Origin: an uncultured Bacteroidota bacterium
GTDB taxonomy: Bacteria > Bacteroidota > Bacteroidia > Chitinophagales > Chitinophagaceae
Direction of reading: 5' to 3'
Assembly (NCBI GenBank): GCA_963796995.1
Contig: CAWCNR010000003.1
Location: forward strand, 92,171-156,170
Length of the DNA: 64,000 nt
The notes beneath the pieces were generated by a model. It searched no databases. It was not told where the DNA came from and saw only the letters and a program-made list of their open reading frames with translations. Of this stretch, positions 41,151 to 50,131 are shown piece by piece. Both the position numbers and the translations under genes were made by a program. Numbering within the stretch: position 1 is the stretch's first letter; every line of letters starts with the position of its first letter.

Positions 41151-42049
41151 ATTAGTTGCCTGTGCTTACTTCAATTTCAGCCATCTGAATCGCTTCGTGA
41201 TTAAAATTTATTTGCGGTTTAATCACCTTTGTTATTATTCTTTCGCCCGGATTCAAGTTGTCAGATGGAATGAATGTAGCTTTTACAGAAAGTCCATCAT
41301 TAAATTGTTTGTTTATCATGTCAACTATTTCGTATCCTCCTTGATTAAATTCTTCTTAATTTTTCCAGGTTTGATTAAAGGAATAAGAGATTTATCGTCC
41401 GTCTTAATGGAACTTATTCTTTGCCGCAATCTGATTAATTTCATACCCAACTTTCAAAGGTAATTTATGGTCTGATGTATTTGCAGTTGCTCCATTTGTT
41501 TTTCGTTCTTCTTTCAAAATGCTTAATTGAGTTTGCAATATTTCTACAAGTTTTGAATCAAGTTTGATTGCTTCGTTTTGCATTGCTTCATTCGTCTTTG
41601 CAATTTGTGAATCAAGATTTTTTGTACTTGATGAAAGCTTGTTTCGCAAAACGAAAAATGCAATCATACTCAACAAAGCAACTCCTAAGATGCCGATTAT
41701 CCAGTAAAGAGTTCTATTACTGATTGTCTGATTAATGTCCTGGATCTGATTTTGCGTTTGCTTGCTTGCAGTGGAGACATTGGTAACTGTGATGTGCAAT
41801 GAATCTGCAATCTGCTGAATGTTTGATTGAGCGACTGAAAGCTGCAAGGTCATACTATCAATATGTTTTTTCTGATTTGCATTTGATTGCTGCAAATCAG
41901 TGTTGCTTTTTTCAAGCGATTTTATTTTGCTTGTAAGTTTGGAAATCTCCGAATGAAATTCTGATTTTGTTATTATTGAATCTGTAGATTGTGCGAACAC
42001 AAAAGCACAAAGTCAAAACCAATAATATTGTGAATGAATATTTTTTCAT
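41151..42049 (-). pseudogene. membrane-anchored GrpE-like protein (candidate nucleotide exchange factor), three frameshifts
   Basis: ATG at 42049 gives the signal peptide MKKYSFTILLVLTLCFC. After a shift comes ORF 41404..42000 (coiled coil, TM helix LYWIIGILGVALLSMIAFFVL). The C-terminal ..GYEIVDMINKQFNDGLSVKATFIPSDNLNPGERIITKVIKPQINFNHEAIQMAEIEVS is reached after two more shifts. Confidence 0.5.
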
Positions 42050-42059
42050 TTATTATATT

Positions 42060-42986
42060 TTATGCGGAAGGTTTTGAAAATTGCCATCCTTCATTAAGCA
42101 TTTTGTTTAATGTAGGATAACTTCTTATTGTTGATTGGCTTGTGTCTTTAATGTTTGCTTTCGATGTTTTCTGACTTTTTAAAGCTTGTCCTACAATCCA
42201 TCCTATAATACCTCCAACAAGTAAACCTGCAAACCAGTACCCATCAGCTACTATACCAATAATTAATCCCACCACAGCAAAACCGATAAGAGCAAAAGTG
42301 GAGCTATCGGAGCTTTGGCTGTGTATTTTTTGGCATTCGCTGCATCTTGAAATGCTTACAGGAATATAAGAAAACTGAACTCTTCTTGGGAAATGACTTC
42401 GGTAGGTTTCCTTATAAATGGTTATTTCAAATTTGCTTGTTTCTTCTGGTGGATTTTTTTCGCAAAACCAACAGCTATAATAAGCTTTATTTTCAATGTA
42501 ATGCCTGCAAGTGTCTAAATTCTCTTTTGCTCTATCTTTTACCCGTTGAGTCGCTGCTATGCTTAATGCATATTCGTACTCTTGCAAATAATCCTCCTCA
42601 TTTCTGATAGCTTTGACATAATCAATTTCCCCATTTGCTGTTTTGCAAGTATTAAATTTTTCTATTCCACATTTTACAATTTCCAGAGAAAGCTTATCAG
42701 CAATCGTTTGATATTGGTAGTCTTCAGTGCCCAATATTTTTCTTAAATAATCAATATCTGCTTTTGTATTTTTCACCAAATCTTTCCCCGCAGTAGTAGC
42801 GTCTTTTGCTGAGGTTTTTCTTATAGTCTTTGATGATTCGATTTCCTTATCAATATTTTGAATTTGTTTTGCAACAAATTTATTAGTCAGGAATTGCCTT
42901 GCCTCAAGTGGGAAGTTTGCAAAAGAATTTATCAGTTCATTAATAGAAATTCCATCTTCTTGTTCAAAAAAAGGTTTACAAATCAA
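42060..42986 (-). CDS. hypothetical zinc-ribbon protein with C-terminal glycine-zipper TM helices
   Basis: 308 aa. Cys pairs CWFC and CSEC. C-terminus FALIGFAVVGLIIGIVADGYWFAGLLVGGIIGWIVG. Overlaps the upstream gene by 11 nt. Confidence 0.5.
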   Translation of the reverse strand: MICKPFFEQEDGISINELINSFANFPLEARQFLTNKFVAKQIQNIDKEIESSKTIRKTSAKDATTAGKDLVKNTKADIDYLRKILGTEDYQYQTIADKLSLEIVKCGIEKFNTCKTANGEIDYVKAIRNEEDYLQEYEYALSIAATQRVKDRAKENLDTCRHYIENKAYYSCWFCEKNPPEETSKFEITIYKETYRSHFPRRVQFSYIPVSISRCSECQKIHSQSSDSSTFALIGFAVVGLIIGIVADGYWFAGLLVGGIIGWIVGQALKSQKTSKANIKDTSQSTIRSYPTLNKMLNEGWQFSKPSA

Positions 42987-44136
42987 GTATGTCGTTTATG
43001 TAAAAATGAAGCACCTTTTCTGAACTATAATTGTATCGCTCTCCTGCAATCATCTTTGAGTATTCATCCATGTTTCCATTTACGAAGATATTTTTAGCTA
43101 ATGCAATTCCTTTTTTGAAGTGGTTCAATTTAAAAGTTCCTTTTGATGAAACAAGCGAAAGCGCTAAATAAAGATTTGATAGATTTTTGATGTTGCTGAA
43201 AGTTTTAGAAGAGACATTTAATCCTTCACCATACGTTTCATCTTCTACAAGTTTGCAAAACCTGAAATTTCTGAAAGAGATTTTTTGATTGTTGCTTACT
43301 TTAAAGCCGAAGTAGCTACCAAAGAAGGGTTCACTTTGCACGGTTTCAACATGAGTGTCATTGATGTAGAATTCTAGTTCATTTTTAATTTTCTTAATCA
43401 TGATATGATTGCTTGACCATTTTCTAACAGCATCGCATTTCTGCCAAGCAATAATTTTATGGAATGCCCATTCCACATTTTTGCTGAAACAGTAATAGCC
43501 ATTTGCAGCTAAATCGAACATAAAATAACTCCCCTTCTCCCTTCCGAAAATTATTCCATACCCAATATTATCGACTCCGTCTCGCCATTCTGTATCAACC
43601 TCAATAGTCCAGTTTTCACTATAATTGAGGTCTGCATGTACAACCGGAATAGATGAACTTGTTTCTTTTTTTCTTTCAATAATATATTCCTCTTCATTTT
43701 TTTTGAGACAGTGATCTTCATCATCTTGTTCTGACCAACTGGAAGACTGCCTTATTAGGTTTTCATGCAAAACGACCTGCTTATAAACTTTATGTTTATT
43801 TGCCAATGCTGACTTTTCCCAAATGGCAATGGCTTTTTCTGTATTACCTTCTTTGAGAACTTCAAAAGCAATTTCATCTACACTATTATTTTTCCAAAAC
43901 CAAAATAATGAGTAAAGAAGTTTGCTCTCGGTTTGTTCGATTTGTTTTTTTGCTTCTTCAATAGCAAAAGGGGTTCTTTCAACTATTGGTAAAAATGGGA
44001 AATCGGTGTCAAGCGATTTTACTTTTCCCATTTCTGCATAAGTCGCTAGAGAATTGATTTGCCTTGCAATTTCTCTCTCGCTTGCAGTTATTGGTAAACC
44101 AAGTATTCGATATGGGTTGTTATTGATAAGGTTCAT
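42976..44136 (-). CDS. J-domain-like protein lacking an HPD motif, with beta-rich C-terminal domain
   Basis: N-terminus NPYRILGLPITASEREIARQINSLATYAE resembles J-domain helices I-II. There is no HPD tripeptide. ..LLYSLFWFW.. follows, and the C-terminal ~200 aa are beta-rich. Confidence 0.55.
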   Translation of the reverse strand: MNLINNNPYRILGLPITASEREIARQINSLATYAEMGKVKSLDTDFPFLPIVERTPFAIEEAKKQIEQTESKLLYSLFWFWKNNSVDEIAFEVLKEGNTEKAIAIWEKSALANKHKVYKQVVLHENLIRQSSSWSEQDDEDHCLKKNEEEYIIERKKETSSSIPVVHADLNYSENWTIEVDTEWRDGVDNIGYGIIFGREKGSYFMFDLAANGYYCFSKNVEWAFHKIIAWQKCDAVRKWSSNHIMIKKIKNELEFYINDTHVETVQSEPFFGSYFGFKVSNNQKISFRNFRFCKLVEDETYGEGLNVSSKTFSNIKNLSNLYLALSLVSSKGTFKLNHFKKGIALAKNIFVNGNMDEYSKMIAGERYNYSSEKVLHFYINDILDL

Positions 44137-44207
44137 ATTCTTAGAGTAAGTACTAAAATAGAAAATTATGGCTTTTCCGGAGATTAGGTGCGGTCGGCAA
44201 AATTTAG

Positions 44208-44259
44208 CTCTTTTGCAAGGTTAGCTTTTGTGTCGGGCTTTGTGTGCCTTGCAAATGTG
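44208..44259 (+). repeat. island-bounding direct repeat, copy B
   Basis: ctcttttgcaaggttagcttttgtgtcgggctttgtgtgccttgcaaatgtg. Same orientation as 35126..35178. Confidence 0.8.
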
Positions 44260-44261
44260 AT

Positions 44262-44303
44262 AAATGTGGGTTGGCTTTCAAAAAACAAAAAATGTGGGTT
44301 GGC
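44262..44303 (+). repeat. two exact copies of aaatgtgggttggc
   Basis: Copies at 44262..44275 and 44290..44303, 28 nt apart, immediately after repeat copy B, which itself ends in aaatgtg. Confidence 0.7.
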
Positions 44304-44511
44304 AAAAAAATAAAACTTCTTACGTTGGGTCGTGCTGTGGCTTGTATGTGTCATGTCGTTAGTTTGGTCTTTAAAGTTGTGTGCCTAATAGTGAGGTGTC
44401 GACATAGGCTTGCAGGTAACGTGTGTATACCGCTAATATACGCTACTAAAAATTTTAAAACAATCCTCTTAAAAAATATCATCATCGCAGGAGTGAGAGC
44501 ATTAAATTGTT

Positions 44512-45597
44512 TCACTCTTTTTTAAGTATCTGCATCAGACGGCGGTTAAGATAAAGTTTTTCTTTTCCTGCAATTTCACTTTTCAAAAAACCTTTGTCTT
44601 CAAGATTTTTTAAATAAGTTCCTGATGTTTTGATGTTACCAATTCCTGCTTTTTCCAAAAATGCCCGCTTGGTGTAAGGCAATCTGAATAATACTTCTAC
44701 CAGATCTTTCGAATAAACTTTAGGTAACTCTTTTTGAATTTGACCGCTCATTGTTTTTATCTCTTTTTCTATTTTTTCGATTCGGTTTCTTCCGTTCAGG
44801 GCAGTTACTTCTATCATGTCCAGCATGTAAAATATCCATTTCTCCCAGCTATTTTTTTCCGTTACATTTCTCAGGTTCAGGTAATACTCGTTTTTATTTT
44901 TAAGAATATAATTGCTTAAATACAACGCTGGCAAATCCATCAATCCCCATAATTTCAAATAGAGTAACAAAATTATTCTTCCTGTTCTTCCATTTCCGTC
45001 AAAGAAGGGATGTATTGCTTCAAACTGGTAATGTATCAGTGCCAATTTAATCAAATGATCAAAATCCCCACTCACATTCATAAATTCTTCCAAAGATTTT
45101 AATTTATCCCTGATAATGTTTTCTCCCGCTGGCGGTGTGTAAATTATCTTTCCTGTTACAGGATTTTTTAATTGCGTTCCGGGAATATTCCTGATGCCCG
45201 ACCTGTTTTCTTTTATTATTTGCATAATATCAATAAAAAGATTGGTAGATAAAACCGGTTTTTTATTTAATTGTTTTATTCCATACCATAAGGCATCTTT
45301 GTAGTGTATGACTTCTTTTGTGGCTGGGTCTTCGATTTTTTTATCTGTCACAGATGCTTTAAAAAGTTCATCCTGGGTAGTAATAATATTTTCGATGGCT
45401 GAACTTGCCTGTGCTTCCTGCAGATTTATCGTATCAATGAATAAATAGGGATTGGGTAAATTTTTTATCGCCCCTTTTAATTCTGACAATGCCCTGCTTG
45501 CTGAAATAACTTTTTTAAGAATTATCTTCGATTCTATATCAGCCTTAGGTGGCAAATCGGGCAACGCATTGTAAGGCTTTAGCGGATCATGCTTCAT
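44512..45597 (-). CDS. Fic family protein (AMPylase-type)
   Basis: Canonical Fic motif HPFFDGNGRTGR. ORF 44512..45693 trimmed to MKHDPLKPYNALPDLPP at 45597. Confidence 0.85.
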   Translation of the reverse strand: MKHDPLKPYNALPDLPPKADIESKIILKKVISASRALSELKGAIKNLPNPYLFIDTINLQEAQASSAIENIITTQDELFKASVTDKKIEDPATKEVIHYKDALWYGIKQLNKKPVLSTNLFIDIMQIIKENRSGIRNIPGTQLKNPVTGKIIYTPPAGENIIRDKLKSLEEFMNVSGDFDHLIKLALIHYQFEAIHPFFDGNGRTGRIILLLYLKLWGLMDLPALYLSNYILKNKNEYYLNLRNVTEKNSWEKWIFYMLDMIEVTALNGRNRIEKIEKEIKTMSGQIQKELPKVYSKDLVEVLFRLPYTKRAFLEKAGIGNIKTSGTYLKNLEDKGFLKSEIAGKEKLYLNRRLMQILKKE

Positions 45598-45611
45598 TTT
45601 TGGCTGTTTTG

Positions 45612-45710
45612 GAACGAGGGCAAAATTTACCTGCGTTTTTTGAACGAGGGCAAAAATACACAAAATTTGCCTTCGTTTTATTTTCGAGGGCAAAACTTAC
45701 CCTCGAAAAA
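45612..45710. repeat. cluster of three CGAGGGCAAAA-containing palindromic units
   Basis: Box 1 is 45615..45635 (degenerate). Box 2 is 45645..45675 (CGAGGGCAAA / TTTGCCTTCG). Box 3 is 45681..45709 (TTTTCGAGGG / CCCTCGAAAA, a perfect 10 bp stem). Confidence 0.7.
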
Positions 45711-45760
45711 ATATCTCTTTTTTTGAGGGAATGTTATATGTGGGATAAAGATCAGGATTC

Positions 45761-48700
45761 TCAGGAACTTTCATTGCCTGCCGCCTGTTCACCTTGTTGT
45801 CTTCTCAATTCTTCTAATTTCTTTTTTCCGTAAGCAAGTCGTGTAATTGTTACAAATAAAACCGGTACAATAAAAATTGCCAATGATGTAGCAGCAAGCA
45901 TTCCGCCAAAAACAGTCCATCCAATAGTGGAACGTGCAATGGCTCCTGCTCCTTTTGCAAAAGCCAGGGGCAAGACACCTAAAATAAATGCAAAGGATGT
46001 CATCAGGATGGGACGCAAACGCAATCTGACTGCTTCCAGCGTAGCCTTAATTAATTCCATTCCGGCATCTACACGTATCTTGGCAAACTCCACAATCAGG
46101 ATTGCATTCTTTGCCGACAAACCAATTAATGTTATCAAACCGATTTGAGAATAAACGCTGTTACTTAATCGTGGAATAAATGTTAACGTGAGAATGGCTC
46201 CAAAAGCAGCAAGAGGCACTGCCAGTAATACTGAAAAAGGAACCGACCAGCTTTCGTATAAGGCTGTTAAAAATAGAAACACAAATACAACAGATAACGC
46301 AAAAATGTAGATCGTGCTCGAGCCTGCCTCAATTTCCTGTTTGCTTAACCCTGCAAATTCATATCCGTAACCCGCAGGTAACGTTTTAGCAACTTCCTGT
46401 AAAGCCGCAAGAGCCTGGCCGCTGCTATAACCCTGTTTAGGGCTTCCATTAATTTCTGCCGCACGGAACAAATTAAAATGCGAAATGACTGACGCATTCT
46501 CAACTATTTTGTAAGTTGTCAGTACACTTAAGGGAAGTAGTTTGCCTTCCTGGTTTCGTACATAATACTGATCAAGGTCTTTAATATCGCCGCGAAATAC
46601 CGTGTCGGCCTGCGCTACCACGTGAAAGTTTCTTCCGTAAATGGTAAAATCATTTACATACCGGCTTCCCAAAAAAGTTTGCATGGTACTATATACATCA
46701 GAAATAGAGACGCCAAGTTTCTTACACTTGTCTCTGTCCACATCGACCTCGTATGCGGGAGTTTTTGCAGTAAAATAAGAAAATGCTCTTTCGATTTCCG
46801 GCCGCCGGTTCAATTGACCAACGAAATTGTTTACCACTTTTTCAAATGTCTTTAGATCATCATTGCTTCGCTGCTGTTCCAGTTCAAAAGTAAATCCCGC
46901 CGTTTGACCAAGGCCGGGAATGGCCGGTGGTTGAATGACAAGAATGTTTGCTTCTTTGATCGAAGCGAACTTCCTGTGCATTTCGGCCATGATGCCTTGT
47001 ATTTGTTCCGACTTCCTTTTCCGATCACTCCATGGTTTCAACATGCAGAAAATGGTGCCGCCGTTTGATTTGAAAGCAAATGAAATCACATTTAATCCTC
47101 CCAGAGCTGCAAAGTGATCAACACCATGAATAGTTCGAATACTATCCATCATCCTGTTGAGCGTTTCGATGCTCCGTGTTGTAGAAGATGCTTCAGGAAG
47201 TTCATACGTAATATACAATCGCCCTTCGTCTTCAGTTGGAATAAAACTTGTTGGTTTAGCTTTGAATAAAAAATACGTACCCACAATTATGCACAGCAAC
47301 ACGATCAGTGCATACCTGCTGCCTCTGATAATATTTTTGACGGCGGTTGAATATTTATTGACTCTACGGTCAAACCAGCTATCGAATTTGTAAAAGAATT
47401 TATTTAATCCTTTTGATCGCCTTGTTAAATGCCGGGGACGCAACATTAATGTACACAATGCAGGTGTGAGTGATAATGCAACAAACGCGGAAATAAGAAC
47501 AGAGATCGCAATAGTGATAGCAAATTGCTGATACAACCTTCCTAATATTCCGGGAATAAAACCCACCGGGACAAAAACGGCTGCTAATATTAATGCAATG
47601 GCAACTACGGGACCCGAAATTTCTTTCATTGCTGCGGCAGTCGCTTCTTTTGCAGATAATCCTTTATCGTCAACATAATGCTGAACGGCTTCCACCACAA
47701 TAATAGCATCATCAACCACAATACCGATTGCCAGCACAAAACCAAACATCGTAAGTGTGTTGATGGTAAATCCCAGCAATGAAAAAAAAGCAAATGTGCC
47801 AACAATAGATACCGGGATAGCAAGAATGGGAATTAATGTGGATCGCCAGGTTTGTAAAAAGAAAAATACAACCAATGTTACCAGGCTCAAAGCTATCAGC
47901 AAAGTTTTCACTACTTCATCAATAGAAACTTTTACCACCGATACTGTTTCAAACGGAACTATGTAATCTACATCTTTGGGAAAAGATTTTTTTAATTCCG
48001 CCATCGCTTTATACACTCCGTCTGCTGTTTCCAGTGCATTGCTCCCGGGCGCCTGGAAGACCAATAAAAAAGAAGATCTTTTCGTATCAACATACGAATT
48101 ACTGGCATAGCTGAATTTGCCAAGCTGCACACGGGCTACATCTTTTAAATAAACAATCGAACCACTTCGCGGATCCGATCTTACGACAATACTATCAAAT
48201 TGTTCAGGAGTGCTTAGCCTGCTGTTTGTAAGCACAGAATATTCGAAGGCTTGTGTATTTTGTTGTGGCGGTGCACCAATTGTACCGGCAGCAATTTGCA
48301 GGTTTTGTTCCTGCAGCGCACTTACAACATCAGATGCAGTTAATCCTTTTTGAGCCAGTTTATCCACCTGCAGCCAAATACGCATACTAAAATCATCGGC
48401 TCTTGTAAAAACATCTCCCACACCTTTCACCCGCAGCACCGCATTCTTCACAAAAATATTTGTATAGTTATCTAAGAATGCTATATCATGTGTTCCTTCA
48501 GGAGAAAAGATACCCACAACCATTAAAATGCTCGGATTGCGTTTCCTGGTAACAATTCCCAAATTTTTTACATCAACTGGCAAGGCAGGGGTAGCAATGC
48601 CCACACGGTTCTGAACATCCAGCGCACCGGAAGTAACATCGGCGCCTACATTGTAGGTAACCGTAATTGTACTTTGTCCGCTCGACGTACTGTTGCTTTG

Positions 48701-48937
48701 AATATAGGCCATCCCCGGTGTGCCGTTTACCTGCGTTTCAATAGGAGTTGTGATCGTTTGCTCCACCGTTTGCGCATCAGCGCCATTATAATTAGCTGAA
48801 ATGTTTACAGTAGGAGGACTAATTTCAGGATACTGGCTTACAGGTAAATTTAAAATAGACAAAACTCCCAGCATTACAATGACGATAGATATAACAATAG
48901 CTGTAACAGGGCGTCTGATAAAAGTGTCGGCGATCAT
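45761..48937 (-). CDS. efflux RND transporter permease (AcrB/HAE1 family)
   Basis: 1058 aa, 12 TM helices, N-terminus MIADTFIRRPVTAIVISI... Confidence 0.9.
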   Translation of the reverse strand: MIADTFIRRPVTAIVISIVIVMLGVLSILNLPVSQYPEISPPTVNISANYNGADAQTVEQTITTPIETQVNGTPGMAYIQSNSTSSGQSTITVTYNVGADVTSGALDVQNRVGIATPALPVDVKNLGIVTRKRNPSILMVVGIFSPEGTHDIAFLDNYTNIFVKNAVLRVKGVGDVFTRADDFSMRIWLQVDKLAQKGLTASDVVSALQEQNLQIAAGTIGAPPQQNTQAFEYSVLTNSRLSTPEQFDSIVVRSDPRSGSIVYLKDVARVQLGKFSYASNSYVDTKRSSFLLVFQAPGSNALETADGVYKAMAELKKSFPKDVDYIVPFETVSVVKVSIDEVVKTLLIALSLVTLVVFFFLQTWRSTLIPILAIPVSIVGTFAFFSLLGFTINTLTMFGFVLAIGIVVDDAIIVVEAVQHYVDDKGLSAKEATAAAMKEISGPVVAIALILAAVFVPVGFIPGILGRLYQQFAITIAISVLISAFVALSLTPALCTLMLRPRHLTRRSKGLNKFFYKFDSWFDRRVNKYSTAVKNIIRGSRYALIVLLCIIVGTYFLFKAKPTSFIPTEDEGRLYITYELPEASSTTRSIETLNRMMDSIRTIHGVDHFAALGGLNVISFAFKSNGGTIFCMLKPWSDRKRKSEQIQGIMAEMHRKFASIKEANILVIQPPAIPGLGQTAGFTFELEQQRSNDDLKTFEKVVNNFVGQLNRRPEIERAFSYFTAKTPAYEVDVDRDKCKKLGVSISDVYSTMQTFLGSRYVNDFTIYGRNFHVVAQADTVFRGDIKDLDQYYVRNQEGKLLPLSVLTTYKIVENASVISHFNLFRAAEINGSPKQGYSSGQALAALQEVAKTLPAGYGYEFAGLSKQEIEAGSSTIYIFALSVVFVFLFLTALYESWSVPFSVLLAVPLAAFGAILTLTFIPRLSNSVYSQIGLITLIGLSAKNAILIVEFAKIRVDAGMELIKATLEAVRLRLRPILMTSFAFILGVLPLAFAKGAGAIARSTIGWTVFGGMLAATSLAIFIVPVLFVTITRLAYGKKKLEELRRQQGEQAAGNESS

Positions 48938-48943
48938 GGTTAA

Positions 48944-50131
48944 CTACTTGTTGCTGGTTACTTGTTGTGGATTATTTCCTGCCGGTGTTATTTGCACCCT
49001 GGCGCTGTCTCTTAATCTTTGAAAACCTTCTGTAATAATTTTATCACCTTCCTCCAATCCTTGTTTCACAATTACCTTATCATTGATTCTTGTGCCTAAG
49101 GATACCCTGTGTTCAATAGCCTGGCTGCTGTCATTTACTACAAACACAAAATATTCTCCTATCTGTTCGATAACTGCTTTAAAAGGAATTAATAGCAAAC
49201 GCTGTCCTCCGGCATTATTCTTCACCTTTACATTTACATTCATACCGGGAATCAAAATATTTTTTGAATTTGGAAAAATCAATCTCGCCTTAATGGTACC
49301 GGTCTGCGGATCAACAGCACGATCTATAAAAGCAATCTTGCCGGTTTGAGGATAAACAGAATCCCCGGGCAATTGCAAAGTGAATGTTGAATCTTTTTTA
49401 TTAAAAACATTTTGTTTTAATTGTTCAAAACGGGGAATTTCTTTTTGATCCACTTCAATATCAACTGCCATCGGATCATCAGAAGAAATAGTGTTCAATA
49501 AAGTTTGATTGGCTGTAACCAATGAACCAATTTTTACCTGTGAAATACCAATTGTTCCTGAAAACGGTGCACTGATAGACGAATACTTTACTGTTGTTTG
49601 TACATTCCGAACATTCGACTCTGCGGCCTGTACCTGCATTTTAGCACTCTGCAGATCTGCTACTGCGTGGTCGTAAACTTGCTTTGCAATGGCATCTTGC
49701 TTTAACAGGTCTGCATAGCGGTCAGCATCTTGTTGCGCTTTGGCCAGGTTCGCTTTTGTTACATTTAAATTGGCAGTAGCCTGGTCCAAATTTGCCTGGT
49801 ATTGCTGCCTGTCAATATCATACAGTTTTTGCCCTTTTACTACATGCTGTCCATCTTTAAAAAAAATTCCTGTTATATAACCGGTAACCTGTGCCCTTAT
49901 ATCATCCTCTTCCAATGGTGTAACAGTGGCCGGATAGTCGTTGTAATAAACAGCAGTTTCTTTTTGCACAACTTCAGTTGTTACCGCCGGTGGCGGAGGT
50001 GCCTGCGTATTATTTTTCTTTTCACCGCACGAAGCGATCAACAGTGAAGCACTGAAAGAAAGAAAGAATATTGACAATTTATTTCTCATACCCGCATAAT
50101 TGCTTTTATAATTTATTTTGTGTTCAATCAC
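48944..50131 (-). CDS. efflux RND transporter periplasmic adaptor (MFP)
   Basis: Lipobox ..LIASC, alpha-hairpin and beta-barrel pattern. Overlaps the upstream TolC gene by 4 nt. Confidence 0.85.
   Translation of the reverse strand: MIEHKINYKSNYAGMRNKLSIFFLSFSASLLIASCGEKKNNTQAPPPPAVTTEVVQKETAVYYNDYPATVTPLEEDDIRAQVTGYITGIFFKDGQHVVKGQKLYDIDRQQYQANLDQATANLNVTKANLAKAQQDADRYADLLKQDAIAKQVYDHAVADLQSAKMQVQAAESNVRNVQTTVKYSSISAPFSGTIGISQVKIGSLVTANQTLLNTISSDDPMAVDIEVDQKEIPRFEQLKQNVFNKKDSTFTLQLPGDSVYPQTGKIAFIDRAVDPQTGTIKARLIFPNSKNILIPGMNVNVKVKNNAGGQRLLLIPFKAVIEQIGEYFVFVVNDSSQAIEHRVSLGTRINDKVIVKQGLEEGDKIITEGFQRLRDSARVQITPAGNNPQQVTSNK

Noticed and set aside
44244-44525. 93 aa Cys-rich plus-strand ORF
   Set aside because: It starts inside repeat copy B and the 14-mer repeats, has no RBS or promoter context, and its peptide has no recognisable fold. 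Treated as non-coding spacer.
45681-45710. Perfect 10 bp hairpin as the rho-independent terminator of the RND operon
   Set aside because: On the minus strand the stem is followed by TAAAAC and not a U-tract. The hairpin is also one of three related repeat units, so I treat it as a repeat or operator.
45612-45710. Possible mini CRISPR array
   Set aside because: There are only three degenerate units with irregular spacing (30 and 41 nt) and palindromic internal structure. There are no cas genes.
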